Positions 1 through 12,300 of a stretch of DNA of 64,000 nucleotides are shown here, piece after piece. The notes below the pieces were generated by a model that had not been told where the DNA came from, did not search any database, and was given only the letters and a program-made list of their open reading frames with translations. Origin of the DNA: Tubulanus polymorphus (taxonomy: Eukaryota; Animalia; Nemertea); the NCBI RefSeq assembly GCF_964204645.1, contig NC_134027.1:22902560-22966559 (forward strand), written 5' to 3'. Within the stretch, counting starts at the first letter, position 1. Every line of letters starts with the position of its first letter. The position numbers were made by a program, and so were the translations under genes.

Positions 1-331
1 AAAAACTGTTAGAAACCAGCAGTGTTTTGTTAAAATACTACAAAATGGACGTCGGATCCAGTTTCACCATGATGTCCGTATGTAACTTTCAAACCTAATA
101 GAGAACTGTAGAACTAGATCCAGAAATGGCTCTCCTAAATATTGCGATTGTTTCAGGGACGGATTTCGCAAGAGATCACGAAAACCTGTGAGAACGAAAG
201 GATCTGACCGAGGTCCAGGAATGGCGCCAGACGTATCCTCGACAGTCATATGATATCAGTGATAACATGCTACATAGAATCCTTAGAACCTCGCTCGACT
301 GAACACAGTGGATGAGACAATAATACAAAAA

Positions 332-3300
332 TCAACAACTCTTTTCCTGCTGCTCTTTTTCTTCACGTTGTCTGCGGCGTTCGGCCTCTTCTGCTTCCAA
401 ACGAGCGACGAGTTCAGCTTGAACTTGCGGCTCAACGACGCGACCGAGTTCTGAGTACGTCGAATAATCATCGAAATCACCGATAAGCACACCAGGGGGC
501 GCTTGAATTTTGACGTTGTTAACGACGTGTAAATAGATCGGTTCTTTTCTCAGTTCTTCTACATCGTCTGCATTGAATGCAGGGTTGTCGACACCACAGT
601 TAACGTACTTCACGATATCCCCATCGTCATTGTTGTAAACGTCTTGATAAGGATTCTCTTTGTCGCCAATTGTTTGATAGGGATTTTCTGAAATCATACG
701 CGTAACAACATTTAGTGAACTCAACAAACAATCCGTCAAACGATTCAGTTGGCCAGTCTACATCTGGGAATTGAAGGTTACAATAAATCTATCAAACCCT
801 CCCGCATAAAAGTGGCTGCTTTCTGAAATGCCCATGACATCGTCAAGTCTGCCCACTAGTGATTGGATATTTACTTCACGCCCTATTTTCCACAGTAAAC
901 TCTGCCTTACTTGGACTTCTTTTCTTTTCCCTTTTAGAAACGGTATTTTAGAGTTAGCGTATCGGACATCGCACAAAATTTCGATTCTCTCGTTAGAATC
1001 GGTGTACACGTAGAACTCACCCATTTCGTAGTTTCCATTTGTCTCTGCTTTTTTCGCCTTCTTTCCTTTACGCTTTTTGTTTTTCTCGACTTGCGCGTAC
1101 AATGGTTCTGCACTATCCACCGACCCTGAAGAGAAAACACGGGATGTGAATATTTTAGAAACAAACTTCACGTCATACTTTTTCTCGAATATCTAATTTG
1201 GCATTTCATTTTGTGTAGCCAACACATTTTTTTCTTCGAAAAAGTTTCTGAATGTGCTTTTGCTACAAATAAAATCCCTTTAGTATAGATTTCATTCTAT
1301 GCATTTCACCTTTCGTTTTCTGTTTCTTGCTTTTATCCACATTGGAGTTAATTGGATCAGTACCGCTTGCACCATTTACGACTGAAAATGAGCCACAAGT
1401 TTGAAAAAACAAGCAAAAAAAATTTCATACAATTCTATTCGAGAAAATCATTGTTGCGTCATCTATTATTCCTGACAACATTCGCATTATTTACAACAAC
1501 AACGATTCAGTAGTAATACTAAACTGGGAGTCATGATTTCAATGATTGAGGAAAATCGTGATTACTTTCTTAACAAAGCTTTTTCATCGAAAGTGACTTT
1601 ATTGATTCTGTACAAATTATCACGCATTTCTACGGCAATTGACGGCACTCTTCGTGTTTTCAATGATTTCAAGGAATCGGTAAAATCATGATTAGTTTCT
1701 AATGTAAGCCTCTAATGGAAGGTACCGTAGTCTATGCACTTATGGTGGCATGGAATTGTGCGCGACCAATTTCATTAAGTCTTTAGTCTAATACATCGTA
1801 AATAAAAATCGTAGCGGAAAATGCTTTTTGATTTTTTTTTTCACTTTATCTAGTTGGTTTTCATAAAACGAAATTTGAAAGAGTAAAACTATTGCCATTT
1901 CCTCTATGTAACTATGTGTATCGGTAAGTTCTTCGTGAATATACGGCACATGTAATCCTGCTATTCTAAGAGCATTTCACCAAATACGTTGATCGGTTCC
2001 TTGGTATCATTCTAGATTTGACAAACACTTGTTTACCTTGATTCTGATTTCGTTTTTTCTTTTTGTCAACCTGTGCGTAAATCGGTTCTCCTAAAAATAA
2101 TAGAATTCAAAATCTATTCCGATCGCCTCTACCATTCTTCTGGTCAATGATCGAGGAAACGATAGGTTTTTATAGATTGAGCCATCAATATTGTATCATT
2201 TGGCAATTCCCGAATATAAGTGATCACTGTACACTACCGGACATTCCCGAACATTACCGATCACTTCGATCATTACATCCAAAAATACGAACTTGAATTC
2301 GCTACACTTTAAATCAAGCTTCGGACTTAGATATTGAGATAATGAATACGTTAATTGATTCGCGGCTCGGAAATACTCGGTGGTTTTACGGAGATATCCG
2401 GCAATATCGATCGGTCCAAAAAATCTATAAAGATAGGGCATTGTAACATAAAGATAAAACTCTTACCAGTTTTCTTGACTCCATCTTCTGAAACTGCGAA
2501 TATAGAAATGGATTTATTTAAGTACTTATAATGTATTAGTTCTAATTCAGTTATGACAATATTTGTGATACAGTAATACTACGTAAAATCCTACAATTGT
2601 AAATTGGCTAGAAAAGTTTATTCTAAAATTACTCGTGATAATCTGGGGGATTACTGCCACCCTCCTACGAACACTCTTTACTTTAAAGGGAGACGGATGA
2701 AGGAGACTTTTAAGATAGAAGCAGAGTGTTAGCAGCCACCCGCAATTTTTTCGATGATTCTTTTAACAAACCTTCCACTCAATTCAGTAGATCAGAAAAT
2801 ATCTTTATTTCAATAATGACGAAGTCTCAATGAAATGAGGAAATGAACCGATTGCTTACCAAGATCGTCAATGTTCGAATACGGATCTGAAAATGTGAAA
2901 TACGTTTAAGCAACTCATAGACGGCATTGTGATTGAAGAATATTTTATAAAAGTCCGATCTTTAACTTAAAAACTCTGTGCTGAAGATAGAAAATATTTT
3001 TTTTCTTTTTCTTTGCCCATTCGGGATCTAAGAGGACAAAGACAAACGAGAATTTCAATAGTATTTTTCTCTGAAGAAATAGAAAACCCTAATAATTTGT
3101 GCCAATTTTGATACTAACTAAGAAATTCTCGAAACATTTAGAGATGCGATATAACCAAAAATATTGTGGAGATAACGTAGTTCATAATGCGAATTAAAAT
3201 CTGACTGACAAAGATTTTCGACAATAATTTGTGACATGAAACCTGTTGCAATAATCTGTTTGCGTAAATTTTCGGCGTGTAAGAAAGTTGTAAAATTGTG

Positions 3301-6300
3301 AGATTACCGAAGTCATCGGTAGTGACGTGATTATCTTTGGTCGGTGGACTTTTAGGTTTTTTGTTTACTACCGCGTACACGTCACCTAAATGCAAAAATG
3401 GAAAACAAATATTTGAACAAAAAATCCAATATATGTTTATTGTTTAGATGAGATGAAAGGTTTAAAGTGGCAAATTCTACCTCTAGGTCCGGCTGCATGT
3501 CCATCGATATTGTTATCTTTCGGAGGAGGAACTGAAGCCGGACTGAAAAAAGGGAAACATTTTGTGGCGATCGCCCGGGCTGGAAAGGGAATCTCTGACA
3601 TGGAATTAAGCTAAACAAATAGGAATTGAAATCTCTAGTTTCTACCTTCTCGAGCTATTTTTTGTCCAGATCCATTGACCTTCTCGACGCCTTTTCACGA
3701 ATAGCAACACGAACACAATGACGATGATGGCGAGCAACAATACACCCACAACAACACCTCCGATCAGTGCAACATTGGTAGTAACTGAGAGGATCGAAAA
3801 ATGGAAAAATAAAATGTGCAAATTATGACAAGGAAGTATCGATGGGCCTGGATTTCACCAGAGATATTTTTCATTAAGAGCGAACTAGCAAAATGACTAT
3901 AGACATTGGATATCTATGCATTTATTCGTTTGTTTATCTTTCTTTTCAACGTTTGCATCTTGGTTTACCGACACTAACCAGCAAATATTTACCTGGAATT
4001 TCAACCTGATGGCTCAAAATTACGTCACTTCTCTCAGTTACAATCAGTTTGTAACTGTATGCTTGATCGGGATCGATTTTAATCTCAATACTAATCGAAC
4101 CACCAGTAGTTTCTTGTTTCGTAGAATTAAAACATTCGTTTGTATGTTTGATACAGTATTTCACGTAGACGCTGTACTTCGACGGAAACGACGACATTTT
4201 TATCAGGACACTATTTCCTTGCTGTGTTACTGTCGCTTGCTTCAATACGGTGTTTATAGCGCTTGGAATAGCTAGAAAATTAGAGACCATGAATTCGATT
4301 TTAAAAAAAGACCGGAAAAATTATACCATCAACACAATCATCTAGAATGGAGTACGTGTAGCCAATCCGACTAGCTAGAACTAACAGCCGAGTTAGAATT
4401 CTCAAGTATCGGGGATCGAGGAGGCACGTATGTCGCTACGTATTCCGATTCCCATATTCGGATCAACGGGAAGCTCCATGATTCTGAATTTGACCGGAAA
4501 TGATGCGACATCGAATGTGAATGACGTCGGCAAAGTTTACTGGTAAAATGATCCGAAGCAGCTTTTTGTTTGAATTTCTTCGATGACACGCAATGAGGAT
4601 TTTTTTCGAAAATGAGGAATTTAAATCAAACAAAATTACCTAAATCAAAAACTTAACGAATTGAAGAGAATTTACGTTTAATTAATATAACGGGCTTAAG
4701 GATAGGCCTGTATCAATATCTTATAAAACTTACACATCTTACAAGCCTTTAATCTTACCATTTGTATTAGTTGTAACTATATCGGTAAATGGACTTGTAT
4801 TATCACCAGGATTTGAGTTGATACTTTTCACTTTGAACTGATAATTAGTTGCTGGTTTTAATCCGGTAATTTTTGTTTGAACCAGTTTTCTATAACCTGG
4901 GTCGGGTATTCCAGTTCTATTCACGAATCGTATGGAATTCCAAGCCCTGTAACTGACGGCGAACGTTTGTTTGGCACCACCCTCAAATTCAGACACCCAA
5001 CTCAGCGTCACAGAAACAGCTGTTTTTGCAATAACTGACAGATTTGACGGTGTTTGGGGAGGTCCTGAAACAATAAGAAAAAAAAGAAATTCGTTTTATA
5101 GTTTGCGCGCTGCACTAATTTATTAGGATTCAGCAAAATGCAGTCTCGTGTTATTCAGAGTGTTACTCTGGTATTAATCTGAAGCCTGGGCCCAGCATCC
5201 CTGCAGACATCCGACAACTCAAATATTATCAATTGATGAACGACTAACAGAAGAGTTATCATTGAAAATAGGTTTCAGGCTACAATCGATATTTGCAGGT
5301 TTTATTAGAATTGATAAGTGGTATATAGTGCTATAGTGCAAATGACTTGCGAATTTCTGAAAACAACATATAATTCGAAATAGCACATGATTCTTACCAG
5401 TTTCTGTGAGTTTCAGTGTTATATTTATGCTACCAACTGAATTATTGAGTCTACACGAATAAGATCCAAAATCAGACGCCTGAACTGATTGTATGATGAC
5501 ATTCCACTGCGTTAAACTGGTATTTTTCATTTTCCGTCGGTCATTTGTTGAATTGTGTCTACAGTTGAGAGTTGTCGCTAGCGGATTTGCATCGTAGTTT
5601 ATCGTAAATGTAACACTTTCTCCTATATTTGCGGCAACGGGTTCAACTTGTGAAGAAAGCTGCGGTGCATCTATTGTAGAATTAAACTCAATATGTAATA
5701 TTGTATGCAGTGTATATCGAATAAAAAGTTTCTAAAAAATACAAGAGTAATTTTTTTCAGCACTTGAAATATGAGAGAATGTAGAGTGTAGTCTCAAATG
5801 AAGATATGTACCAGTTGCACTAATGCTATGGGGAATTCGATCCCCTTGAGTAACGGAGTAGAACCAAAACAAAATATGGATGAAATGCGGAATATAACTT
5901 AGAATAAAGGTAGATGAATTGTTGAGAACGTTTTCCTTCGATGCAAAGTAATAATGTCCCCCGGACGCTGTCGTTGTACTGTGTATATACTGGTTGTTTA
6001 CATTGGACATCGGTAATAAAATATCACTAATACATGGAGTAAAATTCACTTGTAAGAACACAACGACGCTTTCGTAGGGTTTTTATTTGTTAACTCTACG
6101 CTGAGATGAATATCAGTTCACTAGAGTCAACTGGTTGTTGACAGCGGACATCGGCAATAAAAAGTTACCGATAAATGTAAAATTCACTCGTATGAAATCA
6201 TATCAGTTTTTTACAAGTTTTCTGTGACGAATTAATCATTCGTGGATTTGATTGATATCCGGTCATCTGATATACACTAACTACTATGTTTTACAAAATT

Positions 6301-9300
6301 AAAAGATAATTTTTCATTTTATTGCCTCGGTAATCCAAGACGTCTACCGAAACGGGTATGAATACATCTGATTATTGTGCATCATCATTTATCAAGAAGA
6401 TAAATCGCCTATTCAACACTTACACAATATAGACAACGTCATGGATTTGGTGACACCATTGACAGGATGACTGTTTTGATAAGCTGAACATCTATATTGT
6501 CTTCCATTTTTATCCCTTTCAGTTGGTACTACTAGACTACTAGTAGATGTCTGTCCACTGTGAGATCCGGGTTTATGATTTACTGCTGGATTGGGTAAAC
6601 TATTTGTCCATGTTGTCTTCCCAGAGCTGTACGCCCAGACAATTGTAGACACCGGGTTACTGGAGTCAGATGTACACGTCAGAGTTTTTGATGTACCGTG
6701 GACAACTGGACCGTTTGGAATTTGAGTCAGTGTAATCGACTCGGGTGGAACTGAAAATATAACATTGAAAGTCATGATTGATACTTTATTAGACGGTCAT
6801 TGAAAGATGCGAACATGTGATTTTCTCTTACAGTGAACGGTAATCGTTGTATCTTTGTAAAGATTTCCAGTTTGACATCTGTATCGAGCCTGATTCATGG
6901 TCTTAGTTGCATTAATAGATAATGTACTATTCGCCACAAACCCGTGATTGGCTGCACTAGTTTGACTCGTAGCTGGTTGAGAGTCAAGTCGTGTCAATGT
7001 AGAGGAATTTGTGAACCACTGAATCTGTACAGCCGGGTTTGACGAGTCAGTTTTACACTCTATCTGCTGATTGTTGTTTACTAATACATAATCTGCCGGT
7101 TTCTTCACCATTGTCAGTGTTGTTGCTAGAACTAAATTTTGGATTGTCGCAAGTAAATACAAATTCCCGATGACGTTGTTTGCAACCAAGGTGTATTTGA
7201 ATTGACTGCATGAGATTAACCAAAAATTTAAAGTTAAAAAAATCCGGGTACTTACAGTTGACAGTTAATATGACTTTATCAGAAATCATTAGTGTTGATA
7301 TACCAGCCCCAGTAGCTGTGCATCGATATTCTGCCTGGTTATCGGTTTTAGTGACGGATGTTGAATATGTCAGAGGACTAACTCCCTGTTTCACAGTGCT
7401 GTCCTCTGATATTCTAGTTATAGCCAGGTTCGGTACCGGGTTACCCCCTGTAGCTGTACACGTTATGGCAACGGGTGCGGATTCCTGAACGGGTGACGTC
7501 GGTCCTTGTAATATAACACTACTTGGTGGGTCTGAAATGAAGGAAAAAATTATCTCCAATTTACACACATTTATGTGAGCGGTCATATCTGTCAAAAATC
7601 AGCGTTTAGTCTATCTGCCTGTACTTTGATAAAATGAAATAGTCTATCGTCAAAATGTCTCAATGCAACGTCAGCTCGTGTAATATCGGCTTTTTGACAA
7701 GGGGGCAAAACTGTACGGATAATATACTGATAACTTTTTTCTTACTCCGCGATATTTCAAGGTCGTAGGCAGTACGACTGTGTATTGATAAGCCGGTTTT
7801 CGGTCTCTATTTTCGATTGGAAACCTGTCTAATAAGAGACTTCAGATCCAGTGTAATTGCTTGTCCCCGATAGATTGGTTGCCTTTCGAACTCAGGGCAA
7901 CTTGCATTTGCAGTCCGTTTGAAAAGACAAGGCATCCAGTCTATGTTCCTGATACCGATGTACCGAATCACGCATGAGCCACACCTCAGTAGGAAGTAAA
8001 CACTGCTGATGTACACTGACATACGCAATGGTCTGTCCGTCGGCACTGTTTTATACGACGGCGTCCTAGAGATATTAATCTATTTTTTATTTTCACTTTC
8101 TGGCCATAATTATTTGCGTGTTTACAAAGGCGCATAAAAGTCTCCCATGAATACGATTGCTGATCCAGGCCTTGACCGCAAAATTTCTTATGCACAAATT
8201 AAAATGGCAAAAACAGCGAAAAGCTGACAATTTTCTCAAATCCTTTTTTAACGCGCTAAAAGGGGAATTTCTCACCCACGTTTGGGTGCCCTCACCAGAA
8301 CAGGGTTCCATTCAGGCGCTCGCGCAAAAACAAAAAATTGCGTTTTTTTTAAATCTTTAGATAGGGATTGACACTCCTATCTAATTTGATCGGTAGATTT
8401 CGTAAGATTTTTTTTTGTTTTGATTTAGCGTCCCTACAAACCTACCACATCAGCCGGGAGCAAATCAGGGGTTTGATTCGAAAATCGAAGTACATTTACA
8501 GTTGTTGGATCGGCGGTTGAATATACGGAATATTTTGTTTTAATTGAAGTATATCTGACTCCCCGTCACCTTGATTCAAAATTATATGTTTTCTTGATTT
8601 ACTTTATCTACTCAATTTTCTAACACGCAGGGAAATCCGGCGAACTTAACTGCACCTTTGTAAACGCGCAGATAAATATGGCGGACTTCTCTGCGCCTTC
8701 CTAAACACGCAGATAAATATGGCCGGAAAAGTGAAAACAAAAAATAAATTAATGTCCCTAGGACGCCGTCGTATTTTTAAGTCAGAATCATATTTTTACG
8801 AACCCCGTAATCGTGCATAGATTCGCCCCTCTTAGTTGCAGAGTACGTATTTTCTTAATAGGTCGTTGCGGGGATCAAATGATTTAACGTGAACATTATA
8901 TGCCAGTTAGTGAGGAGGAAGGTCATAAAAAACTACTGTATTCCTATAACCTCAAAAATCGTACATTCAAAAGTCCTGAGTGAAGGGCATGAATTTTGCG
9001 CGAATATTTAAGAAAAGAGTGTACAATTTCCTACGACAAGCGACCTTGATATTATCGCAAAGCAGGAATATACGGTAAACATAACATACGTAAACTATCG
9101 TCCCCTTGTGTAAAACAGCCGACATTACACGATTTGACGTAACATTTACGCGTTTCTTCACTTAAGCATAATTTGTTTTCAATATTGTCTAAATCTAGGT
9201 ATGTTGGACTGGAAGATAAATTGTTTCAATGAAGTGACGTTTATTGTAAATACAGCGCATTTGTTGGTTTTCCGACTCAAATCGATGAATGTATAACCGT

Positions 9301-12300
9301 TAAACACATCACAAGCGCTATTCTACACTTACACAATACAGACAATGTCGTGGAGTTGGTGACACCATTAACGGGATGACTGTTCTGATAAGCTGTACAT
9401 CTATATTGTCTTCCATTCTTATTCTTATCAGTTGATAATACCAGACTACTAGTAGATGTCTGTCCACTGTGAGATCCGGGTTTATGATTTACTGCTGGGT
9501 TGGGTGAAATATTTATCCACGTTGTTGCCCCAGAGCTGTACGCCCACTTAATTGTAGACACCGGGTTACTGGAGTCAGTTGTACACGTCAGAGTTTTAGA
9601 TGTACCTTCAACAACTGGACCGTTTGGAATTTCAGTCAGTGTCATTGATTCTGGTGGAACTATAAACAAATATTTAAATTCACGCTCCTTCATTAGCCAT
9701 TCAGGGAAAGCGCATTTATATGAACAACAATCTACAACACTTCATTTGATATCTGAAATAGTGTTTCATACTTACAGTGAACGGTAATTGTTGTATCTTT
9801 GTACAGATTTCCAGTTTGACATCTGTATTGAGCCTGATTCATAGATTTAGTTGCAGTAATAGATAATGTGCTAGTAGCCACAAACCCGTGATAGGCTGCA
9901 CTAGTTTGACTCGTAGTTGGTTGAGAGACAAGTGCTGTCCATGTGGTGGAGGAATATATGAACCACTGAATCTGTACAGCCGGGTTTGACGAGTCAGTTT
10001 TACACTCCATCTGTTGATTATTGTTAAATAATACACGATCTGCCGGTTTCTTCACCATTGTCAGTGATGTTGCTTGAACTAGAAATAATTTGTTTCAATA
10101 TTGTCAAATCCGAGGATGTTGACGAAACAAAATCACGTCAAAAATAGAACCACATTAACTTCACGAGGTTACGAGTAATTTGTAAACAATGTATAGTACT
10201 ACTTACAGTTGACAGTTAATACGAATTTATTAGAAATCATTGGTGTTGGTATACCAGCCCCAGAAGCTGTACATTGATATTTTGCCTGGTTATCTGTTTT
10301 AGTGACGGATGTTGAATATGTTAGAGGACTAACTCCCTGTTTCACAGTGCTGTCCTCTGATGTTCTAGTTATGGCGAGGTTCGGTACCGGGTTACCCCCT
10401 GTAGCTGTACACGTGAAGTCAACGGAAATGGAATCCCGAACTGGTGACGTCGGTCCTTGTAATGCAACACTGCTTGGCGGATCTGAAATGGACGAGAAAA
10501 ATATTTTGCTAGCGGAAAAAAATTGAAGAATTGAAGCCGAAACGTCATGATTCAAAATAGAACGAATTTCATATAATTTCTCAATTCACTCTGATTAATG
10601 AACCTCTACGTGTAGTTTAGAAACAGGTTTCATTTGGTAATTAATCCGGTGCGAAATATTTTCGAATGATCTGAAATGATATATTTTAGATTTTAAACTT
10701 ACAGTAAACGGTAATCGTTGTATCCTTGTAAAGATTTCCAGTTTGACATCTGTATCGAGCTTGATTTATAGTTTTAGTTGCAGTAATAGATAATGCGCTA
10801 GTAGCCACAAACCCGTGATTGTCTGCACTAGTTTGACTCGTAGCTGGTTGAGAGGCAAGTGGTGTCCATGTTGAAGTGGAATATGTGAACCACTGAATCT
10901 GTACAGCCGGGTTTGACGAGTCAGTTCTACACTCTATCTGTTGATTATTGTTTACTAACACATAATCTGCCGGTTTCTTCATCATCGTCAGCGTTGTTGC
11001 TTGAACTAGAAATCATTTGTTCTCGATATTGTCAAAATCCGTGTGTGTTGACGAAACAAAATTATGTCAAAAATAGAACCGCAGTTACTTCATGGGAATA
11101 ACGAGTAATTTGTAAAATATCTGCAGTACTTACAGTTGACAGTTAATCTAACTTTATTTGAAATCATTGGTGTTGGTATACCAGGTCCAGTAGCTGTACA
11201 TTGATATTCTGCCTGGTTATCTGTTTTAGTGGCGGATGTTGAATATGTTAGAGGGCTTATTCCCTGTTTGACAGTGCTGCCACCTGGTGTTCTAGTTATG
11301 GTGAGGTTCGTTACCGGGTTACTCCCTGTAGCTGTACACGTTAAGTCAACGGATACGGATTCCTGAACGGGTGACGTCGGTCCTTGTAATGTAACATTAC
11401 CTGGCGGGTCTGAAATTAAAAGTGTTAAAAAGCGATTATCTTTATCGATGAGTTATATGTACAACAGCAACAGATTATTCTGTACAATTTCATATTTCAG
11501 ATTACCGGCCCAAATTCATTTGAAATGCATTAAAACCTCATATTTATTCCAAGCATAAGCTTCTGCATGAAGCTTTTTACGGAGTTATTTCTCTCATTCA
11601 AATAGATATAAAATATGAAGTATCGAGTCAAGTCCAACAATAACAATGCATTCGCATGAATACATTTCTCGTACGTTATTGATGATGTTTTAATTGTTCC
11701 GGTTCGCTGGTAAACTGCCGCATATTTTTCAAAGCCGCGTCTCACCCGATCACAATCGTGACGAATAGACTTCATGAAGAGAAAATATGGTGAATATCGA
11801 TCGATGGGAAGATTCATTTGAATGAAATATGTATATCTGTTTTAATTAATGGGACATAAGGGGTCTAGAACACACCCGATTGAATAGGGTAAAATATGCC
11901 TCAGAAGAGTCCGCGTTTAAAGGATAAACGCGTTTAGATTAATATTTTGTGGTAATCTGACGATATTTTCTTGCCTACTTCATTATTCTAGATAATTGCT
12001 TTATCCCGATGTGACCAAATGTCATTTGATAAGGATAGAATCTGAAACTTTAACATAATTCAGCCTCATAAATGCACTTCATAATAAACTCCGTAAAGGA
12101 GTCGCGCGCGTTTCCCTCAGCTTTCAACGCAGATATAGGTTATAGGTACCTATAAATATCTCATTTCTTTATCGAAATCGATGAAACACAGATTTGAAAA
12201 ACGAACTCCTTTGAATCCATTGACTGGGTTATTTCTAACAAATTTCTGTTACGAATTGCCTAATATGAATACTAGGTAAATCACGTGTGTTCATCTATCT

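Noticed and set aside
7210-10526. Antisense ORFs over Ig exons (e.g. 7210..7488, 9500..9787, 10302..10526 and their copies)
   Set aside because: Shadows of the coding strand; they recur only because of the duplications.
6424-11409. Dscam-like mutually exclusive exon array
   Set aside because: Exon types alternate (P-K-P-K-T) rather than forming clusters of alternatives, and I saw no docking/selector elements.
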